A DNA stretch of 64,000 nucleotides, taken from contig CAWGMA010000001.1 of assembly GCA_963823555.1 (NCBI GenBank), forward strand, positions 672,001 to 736,000, given 5' to 3'. The notes under the pieces were generated by a model. That model was not told the DNA's origin. It saw only the letters and a program-made list of their open reading frames with translations, and ran no database searches. Of the stretch, positions 19,637 through 32,100 are shown one piece after another. How positions within the stretch are numbered: position 1 is the stretch's first letter; the number at the start of each line of letters is the position of its first letter. The stretch comes from Candidatus Eiseniibacteriota bacterium. Lineage in GTDB: Bacteria; Eisenbacteria; RBG-16-71-46; CAVPCR01. Made by a program: the position numbers and the translations under genes.

Positions 19637-20101
19637 CTAGGGACAGGTCGATGTGACGCGGCTGGAGGGCTGGGAGCGGAGCCCGGGCACGCCGTCGACG
19701 CCGAGCGCGCGGACTCGATAGTAGTACACCGAGTTCGGGGAGAGGCCGGGGATGCCCGGCGCGGCGCCATCGAGGAAGTCGCGACGATCGGCGGGCACCG
19801 AAGCCACGAGCGTCCCGGGATCCTCGCCTGTCGATCGCGAGCGGTAGATCTGGAATCCGCTGAGCCCGGTCGTCTCGACCACCGTCCACTGCACGCGGAT
19901 CTGCGGCTCGTCGCCGGCACAGAACACGGTGAGATCACTGATCGACGGGGGTGGCGGTGTGAGACCGTTGGCCGGGTCGCGGGGACTATCGAGCACGGGG
20001 GGTGCGAAATCTCCCTGGCATGCCGCGCCAAGGAGCAGGAGCCCGGCGAGAGCCAGGAATCCGACCCGCGAGCGATGGCGATGGGACGCGGCAGAATCCA
20101 T
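19637..20101 (-). CDS. Lipoprotein with fibronectin III-like domain
   Basis: Lipobox GAAC; GFQIYRS, YYYRVRA. Confidence 0.7.
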   Translation of the reverse strand: MDSAASHRHRSRVGFLALAGLLLLGAACQGDFAPPVLDSPRDPANGLTPPPPSISDLTVFCAGDEPQIRVQWTVVETTGLSGFQIYRSRSTGEDPGTLVASVPADRRDFLDGAAPGIPGLSPNSVYYYRVRALGVDGVPGLRSQPSSRVTSTCP

Positions 20102-20121
20102 GGAAGTCGCCTTGAATGGGA

Positions 20122-20742
20122 TCAGGTGCCGTCGCGCTTGATGGGATCGAGCAGCGCGACGTCCGCGTAATCCTCGGTCAGGCGCGCGATCAGGACCGTG
20201 CGCCGTCCCCAGTGACTGGCCTCATCGATCGAATCCACCCAGATGTCCGCGCGGCGCCGCCAGCGCCGGGCCATCGTGTCCTCGACCTGATAGACCCCCT
20301 TACCGATGATCTCGATCCTGTCGCCGAAGCGGAACGGCGCGCCCGGGGTGTATTCCGCGAGCAGGTCTCGCGACAGGGCGATGTAGCCGGGGCGCGTCCG
20401 CTTCATGCTCGCGGTCAGGTCGGGCGTGGAATCGGTCTCGGCGACTCGGCTGGTGTAGGCGGTGCAGGTCACGCGCACCACGAGGCCGTGGTCGCCGGAG
20501 GCGGATTGAGGGTACCCCTCGAGCAGGAGGTCGAAGGGGAGGATGTCCTCGGCGGCCTCGAGCTCCCAGATGCCGGAGGGGGTCATGGCCGGGGCGGCGG
20601 TCAGGAGACAGAAGGGACCCACGGACGGGGGCTTGAACTCGAGTCGGAAGGCGTCAATCGCCCGCGGGGTCATGAGAGTGAACAACACGGCCGCCGCTGC
20701 GAAGAGCCAGACCGAATAGCGAACTCGGGGCACGATTCGCAT
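20122..20742 (-). CDS. 3D-domain (cell wall lytic) protein
   Basis: TAYTS...TDSTP..TAS, IALSRDL, VEDTM, DIW; SD GGAGGT before ATG 20742. Confidence 0.8.
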   Translation of the reverse strand: MRIVPRVRYSVWLFAAAAVLFTLMTPRAIDAFRLEFKPPSVGPFCLLTAAPAMTPSGIWELEAAEDILPFDLLLEGYPQSASGDHGLVVRVTCTAYTSRVAETDSTPDLTASMKRTRPGYIALSRDLLAEYTPGAPFRFGDRIEIIGKGVYQVEDTMARRWRRRADIWVDSIDEASHWGRRTVLIARLTEDYADVALLDPIKRDGT

Positions 20743-20853
20743 CGATTGGATGAACCTCCAAGAGGTCTGTTGGAGAGCCCCCTGACGGGCGGGAGGGGAG
20801 ACGCCCAGGGGCAGCGGGTGAGGCTGGCGCAAGATCCCTTTGAATGTCCAAAT

Positions 20854-20882
20854 ATTCTACAGGCGAGCCGGGGAGGGGGCAA
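20854..20882 (-). promoter_or_regulatory. Sigma70-like promoter for the 3D-domain gene
   Basis: Minus strand TTGCCC-17 nt-TAGAAT. Confidence 0.5.
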
Positions 20883-21042
20883 GCCCCAAAGCGGACCTTC
20901 CCCTGCTCTCGGAATCCGAAACTCCGGCGCGCATCCCGGGGTATATCATTTTGAATCAGAGCGAGGGACGCAGGCCGACCGTCGGGAAAGCTTCGTCCTG
21001 ATTCGAGATAAAGATCTCAAGTCCATATCAATCAACGATTTG

Positions 21043-21195
21043 AGGTCCTCTGTAACTCTCGTGATCCGAGAGCGGCTTAACCCACCGGGCCTGACCCGGT
21101 CCTTTGAGTCAGCGGGACACGTTTGTGACGGAGGGCCTCACCGCTTTCCGGGGCCCAGGCTTCTCGGGTGACCCCGATTCGCCTGATCGCGGCCT
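21043..21195. ncRNA. Candidate structured RNA (long rod-like hairpin, possibly 6S-like)
   Basis: Nested complementary segments found by eye in a non-coding gap; no family motif confirmed. Confidence 0.25.
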
Positions 21196-21198
21196 GCG

Positions 21199-21561
21199 CT
21201 ACCCGGGGGGCCAGCCCATTCGCCGGCCTCCGAGCAGGTGCAGGTGAATGTGGAAGACGCTCTGCCCCGCTTCCTCGAGGCAGTTCCACACCAGACGGTA
21301 GCCCCGCTCCGCCAGGCCCCTGGCTCGAGCGATGTCCTTGGCCGCGAGGATGATCCGCCCGGCAAGTCCCTCCGCCTGGGCGTCGAGCTCATTGAGGGTC
21401 GCGATATGGACTCGCGGCACGATGAGGATGTGCACAGGCGCCTGCGGATTCACGTCCTCGAAGGCGACGATCTCGACATCTTCGTGGACGCGCCGTGATG
21501 GGATCTCGCCCCTGATGATGCGGCAGAAAAGGCATGACGACTGTGCATTCGATTCGCTCAT
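21199..21561 (-). CDS. hinT: Histidine triad nucleotide-binding protein
   Basis: CLFCRI, PQAPVHIL, AGQSVFHIHLHLLGGR. Confidence 0.93.
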   Translation of the reverse strand: MSESNAQSSCLFCRIIRGEIPSRRVHEDVEIVAFEDVNPQAPVHILIVPRVHIATLNELDAQAEGLAGRIILAAKDIARARGLAERGYRLVWNCLEEAGQSVFHIHLHLLGGRRMGWPPG

Positions 21562-21823
21562 GATCCAGACGATGTCGAGTCACGTCCCGGGCTGTCAAGG
21601 ATGGCGCCGATCGGACGCCGGCGCCGCGACCGGGTGCCGAATGATGCCCGGGTGAGCACCGACCTTGACCCTCCGGGTACCGAATCACTAGGCTCCGCCC
21701 ACTCGAAGCTCGCGTTCCGCGCCCGAGGTCGAGATCGTTCCGGGGCGCGCCGATTGAAAAGCGGGGGAGATGGCACAACCAGTGAACGTCACGACTCATG
21801 ATGAAACGCGGGGTGCCGGCCTG

Positions 21824-23923
21824 ATGCGGGCAGCGCCGAGCCTGGCCCTCATCCTTGCGATCTCGCTGCCGCTATTCGGGGCTGCCTCGGCTGAGGCCGC
21901 CGAGCCCACGGCCGGATCCAGCTACCACTGGCCCCTCGACCATCCGCGTCGGGTGAGTTCCACTTTCGGTGAATACCGTCAGGGCCACTTCCATGCCGGG
22001 GTCGACCTCTCGACATCGGGTCGGGAGGGGATTCCAGTGATGGCCGTCGACGACGGGGAAGTGGTTCGGGTTCGGGCCTCGGGGATCGGGTATGGCCGTG
22101 CCATCTACATCCAGCTGCGCAACGGAAAGCTCGCGGTCTACGCCCACCTCTCGGCCTACATGGAGCCGCTGGCCGAATATGTCGAGGCCGTGCAGGATTC
22201 GCTCGGGCGCTATCGCGTGGATCTCTACCCGGAGCGCGGGCGCTTTCCAGTGACCAGAGGTCAGGTCATCGGGCGCTCCGGAAGCTCCGGTGCCGGCGGA
22301 GCGCACTTTCACTTCGAGCTGCGCGAGGGGGATATTGCCGTCAACCCGCTGTTGCATGGCTTTGCCGCCGCCGATGCCAGCGCGCCCCTGCTCCAGACCC
22401 TCGTTCTGACTCCCCTGGATGGCACCGCCCGCATCAACGGATCGTCGCGAAAGATGCGCATTCCGCTCCGGAAGAACCAGAGCGGGGAGCTCGCGGCGAT
22501 CCAGGATGTCACCATCAGCGGCCGGGTCGGGGTCGGAGTCCGGGGTTTCGATCTCGATGGTGACGTGGGCAATCGCCTGGGCATCTACCGTACCGAGCTG
22601 TTCGTCGATGGCGAGCGGCGATTCGTGGCCCGTTTCGACCGCTTCGACTACCTGCGCAATCATGAGGTCGAGGCCGAATATGACTTCGAAGAGGCCCGGG
22701 CCGGCCGGCGGACCGTGCGGAACCTATTCGTGCCGCCGGGGGTGACCGGAGACTTTCACGATGGGTTGGCGGCATGGTCCGGAATCCTGGAGGGAATGAT
22801 GGCGGAGACGACGGTCGCGGCTCCGGGCCCGGCCGTGCGGCTCGCCCCGGGGGGGCACGATCTCCGCATCGTGGCCGCCGATGCGTTCGGCAACGTGACG
22901 ACGGCGAGTGCGGTGATCCGGGTCAAGGCCGAGAAGGCGCTCGTCCACGACCAGGTCACGGAGTCCCCACTCCTGGCCGGGACCGGTCTGCCCCTGGCCG
23001 GTGGCGTCCCTCAGGCACCCAAGGTCCATCTCGACCCGGGAGCGAGAGTGGCCACCCTGACCCTGGATTTCGCCCGGGCCCCAGCTCGCTCCCCGGTGCT
23101 CCTGGCGCCTGGTGCCGGGCGCCCCATACCTCTCAAGGCGACCAGCTCCGTGCGCTACGTCGCCACCATCGATGCGCGCGGGGAAACACCGCTCCAGCTC
23201 AAGATTCCGGCGCCCGCGGGGGGGGATCAGGTCCTCGGGCTGGATCTCCCGTGGACGGCCGTATCGCGAGCGCGGGCCGGTCGGTACGCGACCCCGGACG
23301 GCAGTGTGCGGATCGACTACCCCGCCCGGGCCTTCTTCGAGGATGCCTACCTGTGGGTGGAGGAACAGGCTGGAGCGGCAAGTCTCCCCGAGGGTCTCGA
23401 GCCGGTGAGCCGCGTCTTCCGGATGGAGCCGGCCGACCTTCCTCTCGACCAGGGTCTATGGGTGGGTATCCGCCCGGGACCGGGAGGGGTGGCATCCGCC
23501 GCCCCCGCGAGCGAGGGAGTGGCCCTCTATCGCATCGCCGGCGGCGACATCGATTATCAGGGGGCGGAGGTGCGCGACGGTCTCATCGGCACCAGGGTGC
23601 GCCGGCTCGCGACCTTCGTTCTGGCGCGTGACACGCGCCCGCCGTCGGTCCAGCTCCTGTCGCCCACCGATACGGTTCTCGCCGCGAGCGGACGTCCACT
23701 GCTCAGAGCCCGCGTGCGGGATCTCGAGTCGGGTTTCGCCGAGGATAGCCTCACCTTCCTCATCGACGGGCGGCGCGTACCAAGCGAATGGAATCCCGAA
23801 GCCAGCGACCTACGCTATCGAACGCGTAGGCCGCTCGCTCCCGGTCCCCATACGATCGTCGTCGAGGCCACGGACCGCGCCGGCAACACGACTCGGCGAT
23901 CGCTCAACGTGACCGTGCGCTGA
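21824..23923 (+). CDS. Secreted M23 metallopeptidase with C-terminal Ig-like domain
   Basis: Signal peptide; FHAGVDL, YAHL, HFHFE; DTRPP...DRAGN Ig-like tail. Confidence 0.85.
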   Translation: MRAAPSLALILAISLPLFGAASAEAAEPTAGSSYHWPLDHPRRVSSTFGEYRQGHFHAGVDLSTSGREGIPVMAVDDGEVVRVRASGIGYGRAIYIQLRNGKLAVYAHLSAYMEPLAEYVEAVQDSLGRYRVDLYPERGRFPVTRGQVIGRSGSSGAGGAHFHFELREGDIAVNPLLHGFAAADASAPLLQTLVLTPLDGTARINGSSRKMRIPLRKNQSGELAAIQDVTISGRVGVGVRGFDLDGDVGNRLGIYRTELFVDGERRFVARFDRFDYLRNHEVEAEYDFEEARAGRRTVRNLFVPPGVTGDFHDGLAAWSGILEGMMAETTVAAPGPAVRLAPGGHDLRIVAADAFGNVTTASAVIRVKAEKALVHDQVTESPLLAGTGLPLAGGVPQAPKVHLDPGARVATLTLDFARAPARSPVLLAPGAGRPIPLKATSSVRYVATIDARGETPLQLKIPAPAGGDQVLGLDLPWTAVSRARAGRYATPDGSVRIDYPARAFFEDAYLWVEEQAGAASLPEGLEPVSRVFRMEPADLPLDQGLWVGIRPGPGGVASAAPASEGVALYRIAGGDIDYQGAEVRDGLIGTRVRRLATFVLARDTRPPSVQLLSPTDTVLAASGRPLLRARVRDLESGFAEDSLTFLIDGRRVPSEWNPEASDLRYRTRRPLAPGPHTIVVEATDRAGNTTRRSLNVTVR

Positions 23924-24066
23924 CCTGCGCGCCGGGAACGACAAGTCTCACCCAGACGATCACCACGTCAAGGTGTCCGCGCGCGCTCGTGCCCGCCCGC
24001 GCGCAGTTGTCATCGCCGTCTTGCGTGTGCTACAAGAGGGGGTGAGCTTTGAGGAGTCGAGCGCCA

Positions 24067-27000
24067 ATGAGTCATCCACAGTTTGTCCACCTGCACAATC
24101 ACTCCGACTACAGCCTCCTCGATGGCGCCACTCCGCTCGCCGCCATGGCCCGGAGAGCCGCGGAGTTCGGCATGCCCGCGATCGCGCTCACCGATCACGG
24201 CAATCTCTTCGGTGCGATCGACTTCTACGAGAAGACCCGGGCGGCGGGAGTCAAGCCGATCATCGGCATCGAGGCCTACATCACCGCCGGCAAGTACACC
24301 GAGCGCGAGAAAGGCGGGGATCCGTCGAGCCGCTACTTTCACCTGGTGCTGCTCGCCCGTGACCTCGAGGGCTACAAGAACCTGATGCGCCTGACCTCGC
24401 GGGCCTTCCTCGAGGGTTTCTACTACAAGCCGCGCATCGATCACGAACTCCTGGCCGCTCACGCCGGCGGGCTCACCGCTCTCTCGGCGTGCCTCAAGGG
24501 CGAGGTGCCGTATCATGCGCTACGCGGCAACCGCGACGCCGCGGTGGCCGCCGCCCTCCGCTACCGCGACATCTTCGGCGAGGGCCAGTTCTTCCTCGAG
24601 CTGCAGGATCACGGCATTCCGGCGCAGAAGCAGGTGGATACGGAGCTCCTGGAGATCTCGCGCCTGACCGGGATCCCCCTCGTGGCCACCAATGATTGTC
24701 ACTACCTCGAGTGCAACGACGCCGAGGCGCATGATCTCCTGCTCTGCATCCAGACCGGAAAGACCGTCGACACGCCGGGGCGGATGAAGTACGGCTCGAA
24801 CCAGCTCTACATCAAGTCGCCCCAGGAGATGCTCCAGGTGTTCGGCGAGCAGCCGGAGGCGATCAGGAACACACTCCTCGTCGCCGAGGGATGTAACCTC
24901 GAGCTCGAGTTCGGGAAGCTCCATCTGCCGCACTTCCCCCTGCCCGAAGGCTATGCGAGCGTCGATGACTATCTGCGCGATCTCGCCAACCGCGGGCTCG
25001 CCCGGCGCTACAGCGAGATCACGCCCGAGATCCAGTCCCGCCTCGACTACGAGCTCGGCGTCATCATTCGCATGGGTTACGCGGGGTACTTCCTCGTCGT
25101 GCGCGATTTCGTGCACCGGGCGCAGGAGATCGGTGTCGCTGTCGGGCCCGGACGCGGCTCGGCGGCGGGCAGCCTCGTTTCCTACGCGCTCGGCATCACG
25201 AATATCGATCCACTGCGTTTCGGCCTCCTCTTCGAGCGCTTCCTGAATCCCGATCGGATCTCGATGCCGGACATCGACATCGACTTCTGTTACGAGCGCC
25301 GCGGCGAGATCATCGACTATGTCGTGCAGAAGTACGGCGAGGACTGCGTGACCCAGATCATCACGTTCGGCACCATGGGCGCGAGGGCCGTGCTGCGTGA
25401 TGTGGGCCGGGTCTTGAACCTGCCGTTCGCCGATGTCGATCGCATCGCCAAGCTGGTGCCGGCCGAGATCGGGATCACCCTGGATGATGCTGTGGAGCGC
25501 GTGCCCGAGCTGCGTGAGCTGCCGAAGAAGGGCGAGGTCTATGACAAGCTCCTGCGAGCGGGACGCACCCTCGAGGGCCTGAGCCGGCACTCCTCGGTTC
25601 ACGCCGCGGGAGTTCTCATCACGCCGACCCCGCTCATCGAGAACGTGCCGCTCCACAAGTCGTCAAAGGGTGAGGTCACCACCCAGTTCGACATGCGCGC
25701 CGTCGAGAAGATCGGCCTCCTCAAGATGGACTTTCTCGGCCTGCGCACCCTCACGGTGGTGCAGAAGGCCTTCACCATGCTCGAGGAGCTGCACGGGGTC
25801 GAGCTCACCATGGAGACGGTTCCGATCGACGATCCGGCGACCTACGAGCTCCTGAAGCGCGCCGAGACGATCGGGGTCTTCCAGCTCGAGTCGAGCGGGA
25901 TGCGCGATCTCCTCCGGCGACTCCAGCCCGAGGCCTTCGAGGATGTGATCGCCGTCAACGCGCTCTTCCGTCCCGGGCCCCTGGGTTCGGGCATGGTGGA
26001 CGACTACATCGCCTGCAAGCACGGCCGGAAGAAGATCGAGTACGAGCTCCCGGAGCTCGAGCCGATCCTCCGTGAGACCTACGGCACGATTCTCTACCAG
26101 GAACAGGTGATGCAGATCGCCTCCGCCCTCGGCGGCTTCTCGCTCGCTCAAGCGGACATCCTGCGCAAGGCGATGGGCAAGAAGAAGCCGGAGGAGATGG
26201 CCAAGCAGCGGGAGGCGTTCGTCAAGGGGGCCGCCGCCCGCAACATCCCGGAGGCGAAGGCGAGCCGCATCTTCGAGCTCATGGCCCACTTCGCGGGCTA
26301 CGGGTTCAACAAGTCGCACTCGGCGGCCTATGCCTTGATCTCCGTCGTCACTGCCTACTTGAAGGCGCACTATCCCGTTGCGTTCATGGCCGCCTCGCTG
26401 ACTTCGGAAATGGACTCCTCCGATCGCATCGTCATCCTGGTCGACGAGTGCCGGCGGATGGGGATCGAGGTCATGCCCCCGGACGTGAACGCGTCCTACG
26501 CCCAGTTCACAGTCGAGGGGAAGCGCATCCGGTTCGGGCTCGGGGCGGTCAAGAATGTCGGGCCGGGGGCGATCGCCGAGATGCTGCGCGCCCGGGAGAG
26601 CGAAGGGCTGTTCCTCGGCCTCCATGATCTCTGCCGGCGCGTCGATCTGGGACGCGTCAACCGGCGGGTGATCGAGAGCCTGATCGGCGCGGGTGCCTGC
26701 GACGAACTGGGCGGGCACCGGGCGCAGCTCATGGCCGCGGTCGGGGAGGCCTTCTCGGTCGGGCAGCGCGCCCAGCGCGAGCGTGCGCGGGGACAGGAGT
26801 CCCTGTTCGGCGAAGCGGCCGCCGCCGAGATCGAACCGTCGCGCCTTCCCGATGCCGAACCCTGGGACACCAAGACGCGCATCGCGCGCGAGAAGGAGTT
26901 CCTGGGGTTCTATCTCACCGATCATCCGCTGGCTGCCCTGCGCCAGGAGATCAGCGCGATCTCGAGCGCCGACTCGCAGGTGCTCAAGTCGATGTCCGAC

Positions 27001-27528
27001 GGTTCCGAGGTGCGTCTGGTCGGGCTGGTGAACGCCATCAAGCGCATCTCCGATCGCAAGGGCAAGCCGATGGCCTTCGTGACCCTCGAGGACTTCGCCG
27101 GTCTGGTCGAGGTGCTCGTGTTCTCCGACGCCTGCGAGGCGGCCGGGTCCGAGCTGGCCGTCGACGAGGTGATGGCGGTCGAGGGCCGGGTATCCACTCG
27201 CGAGAACGAGGAGGCGAAGCTGGTCGCCTCACGCATCATGTCCTTCGAGCGGGCGCGCCAGGAGATGGTGGGTGCCCTGGAGATCGCGCTCGATGCCACC
27301 CCGGGGGCCGAGCTGGTGGCGGCGATCGACCGCGCCCTCGCCCGCCATCCGGGGTCGGGACAGCTCATCTTCAAGGTGCTCGGTGACTCTGGCGATGCCG
27401 TCCGGGTGCTGGCCCGGGGCCGCCAGGTGGCCCTGTCCGGGGATCTGGTGCGCGACGTGGCCGAGCTCGTGGGCGAGGAGCGCGTCCGGCTTTGCCAGCG
27501 CGAGCCCATTCCCGCCGGGCTCGCCTAG
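24067..27528 (+). CDS. dnaE: DNA polymerase III alpha subunit
   Basis: HLHNHSDYSLLDG PHP domain, GPGRGSAAGS, MPDIDIDF, YGFNKSHSAAY. Confidence 0.98.
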   Translation: MSHPQFVHLHNHSDYSLLDGATPLAAMARRAAEFGMPAIALTDHGNLFGAIDFYEKTRAAGVKPIIGIEAYITAGKYTEREKGGDPSSRYFHLVLLARDLEGYKNLMRLTSRAFLEGFYYKPRIDHELLAAHAGGLTALSACLKGEVPYHALRGNRDAAVAAALRYRDIFGEGQFFLELQDHGIPAQKQVDTELLEISRLTGIPLVATNDCHYLECNDAEAHDLLLCIQTGKTVDTPGRMKYGSNQLYIKSPQEMLQVFGEQPEAIRNTLLVAEGCNLELEFGKLHLPHFPLPEGYASVDDYLRDLANRGLARRYSEITPEIQSRLDYELGVIIRMGYAGYFLVVRDFVHRAQEIGVAVGPGRGSAAGSLVSYALGITNIDPLRFGLLFERFLNPDRISMPDIDIDFCYERRGEIIDYVVQKYGEDCVTQIITFGTMGARAVLRDVGRVLNLPFADVDRIAKLVPAEIGITLDDAVERVPELRELPKKGEVYDKLLRAGRTLEGLSRHSSVHAAGVLITPTPLIENVPLHKSSKGEVTTQFDMRAVEKIGLLKMDFLGLRTLTVVQKAFTMLEELHGVELTMETVPIDDPATYELLKRAETIGVFQLESSGMRDLLRRLQPEAFEDVIAVNALFRPGPLGSGMVDDYIACKHGRKKIEYELPELEPILRETYGTILYQEQVMQIASALGGFSLAQADILRKAMGKKKPEEMAKQREAFVKGAAARNIPEAKASRIFELMAHFAGYGFNKSHSAAYALISVVTAYLKAHYPVAFMAASLTSEMDSSDRIVILVDECRRMGIEVMPPDVNASYAQFTVEGKRIRFGLGAVKNVGPGAIAEMLRARESEGLFLGLHDLCRRVDLGRVNRRVIESLIGAGACDELGGHRAQLMAAVGEAFSVGQRAQRERARGQESLFGEAAAAEIEPSRLPDAEPWDTKTRIAREKEFLGFYLTDHPLAALRQEISAISSADSQVLKSMSDGSEVRLVGLVNAIKRISDRKGKPMAFVTLEDFAGLVEVLVFSDACEAAGSELAVDEVMAVEGRVSTRENEEAKLVASRIMSFERARQEMVGALEIALDATPGAELVAAIDRALARHPGSGQLIFKVLGDSGDAVRVLARGRQVALSGDLVRDVAELVGEERVRLCQREPIPAGLA

Positions 27529-27588
27529 CTGCTAGCCTCTCCCCGGCCACCCCGGCCCACCGGTCTCGGCGTAGGAGGGACTTCTAGG

Positions 27589-28560
<972 letters not shown>

Positions 28561-28783
28561 CCCCGGCCGGCTCCGAGCCTGGCGTTTCCCTCCAGGGGCG
28601 CCCGTAGCTCCTTGCTCCCCATGGCTCTGGCGGATAGACTAGGGCGCCGATGCCGAGAACCCTGGGCCCGGTCCCGGCCGGGGCAGGGGTGGCTGCCCGC
28701 TGAGCTCGACCGCCTCCGGCGGACCGCTCTCGGCTACTCGCAGCCGCCGGGTTCGGCAACGCCCACGTTCAGGAGTGCGACGC

Positions 28784-28993
28784 ATGCCGCTTTCCGAACA
28801 GCTCCTCGCCATTCTTGTTTGCCCCGCCTGCAAGGGCGACCTCGACTACGATCGCGTCAACGAACGCCTCACCTGCCATGCCTGCAAGCTCCGGTATCGG
28901 ATCGAGGATGACATCCCGATCATGCTGGTCGAGGAGGCTGAGCGGCTCGGGGCGGCGCCGGGGGCTCAGCCAGGCGGTGGGGCGGGGAGCTAG
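28784..28993 (+). CDS. Trm112/YcaR family protein
   Basis: LLAILVCPACKGDL...C..C...YRIEDDIPIML. Confidence 0.88.
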   Translation: MPLSEQLLAILVCPACKGDLDYDRVNERLTCHACKLRYRIEDDIPIMLVEEAERLGAAPGAQPGGGAGS

Positions 28994-29102
28994 AGATCGG
29001 GCGACGCCGGCATCGCATCGTCGTTTGGGATAGTTGCGTGTCGGCGCAGCTAATTACGGCATGATCCAGACAGGCCGCAGAGGGTTCCTGCACGTGCGCA
29101 AA

Positions 29103-32100
29103 ATGCTGATCGCGCTCGGCGCGCTCGCCGTCATCGTATTCGCTGGCCACCTTCTCCTTGCCGCCGGCCCGCTGGGACCGGTCGCGGCGAGCGCTCGCGA
29201 GCCGGCGCCCGGTGAGGCGACCCGGCCGTCGACTCTTCCCCGCACGGTACCTGTGGATCCGGTCGAGCTCGTGGCCAGCGATGAGCGGGGCACGACCCTC
29301 CTCTGCACCGCCGGCCCGCCGGAGCTCGTTCCCGTGGGGGAGGAGGATGGGGCGGATCCGACCCGACGAGTGCGGGTCGCGATCCATGGATTCACGGCCA
29401 TGAGCCCGCCGGGGGCTCCCGACCTTCCGGGGCGGTCGGTCCTGGTGGCGATTCCAGCGGGGGCGCGGCCCCGGCTCCGGGTCACCATGGGCGGCGAGGA
29501 GGAGATCTCCCAGGTCCGCGTGGCCCCGATCCCCGTGCCGGGCCCCCGGCCCGAAGCCGGCGCGATCCCGACCTGGCTCCCGAGCGAGGACGCCGTCTTC
29601 TACGCCAGCTCCTACCCCGAGGAGCGCGTGCTCCTGTCGCCGGTCATGCGGATGGGTGATCTCGATGTGGTCTCGGTCACCATCCGGCCTGCCGTCTTCG
29701 ATCCAGAGCGTTCGCTCATCCGCTTCGCCACCCGCATCGAGATCGAGGTGATCACCGAGGGTGGGGTCTCCCGCCGTTCGGGGTCCGACGTCGGCGCCGG
29801 TCCGTCCACCGTGAGCGCCGTCGTCAACCAGGAAGCGGCCCGCGGATTCGGCCGGGAGCGGTCCCCTTTCCGGACCGCTCGACGTCAGGAAGGGGCGAGC
29901 TTCGAGAGCTCGAATCACTGGGTCCGGATCTCGGTGGCCGCTCGTGGTCTCGTCCGGGTCGATGGCGCCCGTCTGGCCGCGGCCGGTGTGGACATCGCCA
30001 CCATCGATCCCTCGAGCCTGCGTGTGTTCTGGGGTGGAGGGCTCGATCCCGAGCCCGGGGTGAGCCCGCGATCGCCGAGCGCGGCTTCCTTCATGAACGA
30101 GTGCGCGATCGAGGTCGTGGATGGAGGCGACGGCCGGCTTGATACCGGTGACGCCGTCGTCTTCCTCGGTCAGGGCGCATCGGGCTGGCGCGATGACTTC
30201 CGTGGCGGGACGTATGCGCTCGACTACGTCGAACATGCGCGAGTCAAGACCGGGGTCTACTGGCTCACCTGGGGTGGGGATTTTACCGATCCGCCGCAGA
30301 GAATTGCGTCGCGCGATGCAACGCCGGCGGGCGGCCCCGTGGTGACCCGGGGCCGGGCGCGCATTCACTTCGAACGCAATCGCCGCTACTATTCCGATCT
30401 CTACGAGGCGGGCCAGAAGTGGGAGCGCTGGTTCGATGCCATCCTCACCGACTACGATGCCGCGGTCTACTTTCCGATCCGCCCCGAGAAGCCCGATGTC
30501 ACCGCTCCCGGCGCACTCAATCTGCGATTGTGGGGGTACACGAGCATGGGGAACCAGGCGACCATCCGCGACCACTACCTGCGGGCCTGGTTCAACGGTG
30601 AGCCCATTCTCACTCCAGCCGGACGAGACACCTTCATCTGGGATGGGCCGCGGTTCCAGAGGACAGGGCGTCAGGATGTGACGAGCGAGACGCTTCAGCT
30701 CCTCGACGGCGAGAACCGCCTGCAGCTCGATGTCCTCGTCGTCAACGATCCGCTGAACCCGAACCGGAGCGATCAGGTGCTCATGGCCTGGTATGACTTC
30801 GGATGGGTGCGCCGACTCGATTTCGCCGGCGAGGCCGGCGGGGAGGCGGTGCCGTTCGGCGATCCTGGTCCGGCCACCGTCGAGGTGAACGGGGCGCCCG
30901 CCGGGGCCCGGGTCTTCGACGTCAGCGATCCGTGGCGACCGATCGAGCTCGCCGGGATCGAGCGCGCGGGGACGGTCCTGCGCTTCGCTGCCGATCTCGA
31001 TCCGGCGTCGCCGCCCAAGTTCCTGGTCGGGGTCACGCCGGCGGCGCCGGCGGCGGTCGAGGTGGATCAGAGCCAGCCGCACCTCCGGCGGGCCGACCAC
31101 GCGGCCTGGTACATCGTCATCGCCCACGACTCGATGATCGCGGAGGCCACCCGCCTGGCGGAGGCTCATGCCCGCCACGCTCCACCCGAGGGCGCGCCGC
31201 CGGGGCCGCCCCTCGCGGTCCGGCTTTCGGACGTCGTCGACGAGTTCGGCTGGGGACTCCGGAGCGAGATCGCCATCCGCAACTTCGTCGACTGGGCCTT
31301 CCACGAGTGGTCGGCCCCGCCGCTCTACATCTGTCTTCTCGGCGACGCCTCCTATGATCCTCAAGACAACTACGGGGACGGCACCCGGGAGACCGATCTC
31401 GTCCCTGCGGCCCAGTTCTGGAACTGGATCGGCGGGTCGTACGGCGGCTCGGACTACATCTCGGACGACTACTACGTTCGCACCTTCGGCGACGCGCTCG
31501 AGTCGCCGCCCGACGTCATGAGCGATCTCTACGTCGGCCGCATCCCGGCGGGGAGCCGCAGCGAGGCGCAGATCGCCGTGGATCAGAAGACGATTCCCTT
31601 CCTCACCGATCCCGAGTTCGGGCCATGGCGGCAGCGGGCGCTCATCCTCGCCGACGACGAGTACGCCGGTGGGGATCCGCCGCGCTACGAGGGCTTCATT
31701 CATGTCCAGTACAGCGAGCAGGTGGCCGCGCTCCTGCCGCCGGAGCTGGAGCGGCAGAAGATCTACCTCACCGACTACCCGTGCAATCCGTGCACCAGCC
31801 CGCGCGCCAAGCCGGCGGCGCGCGAGGCGTTCGTCAACGCCTTCAGCGACGGGGCCGCCTTCATCAACTACATCGGCCACGGAGCCCCCGATGTCCTGGC
31901 GCACGAGGCGGTCTTCAAGATCGAGAACGTGGGCCAGCTCACCAACAGCCGCCGTCTGCCGTTCTTCTCGACCTTCTCCTGCACGGTGAACCGCTTCGAT
32001 GAGCCGGCGAGCGAGGGGATCGGCGAGGCGCTCGTCAACCACGAGGGCGGGGGTTCGGTGGCCTCGATCGGGTCGACCGATCTTGCGTTCATTTCCTCCA

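Noticed and set aside
24067..27528. Intein or split in dnaE
   Set aside because: Normal length and continuous motifs; no intein termini seen
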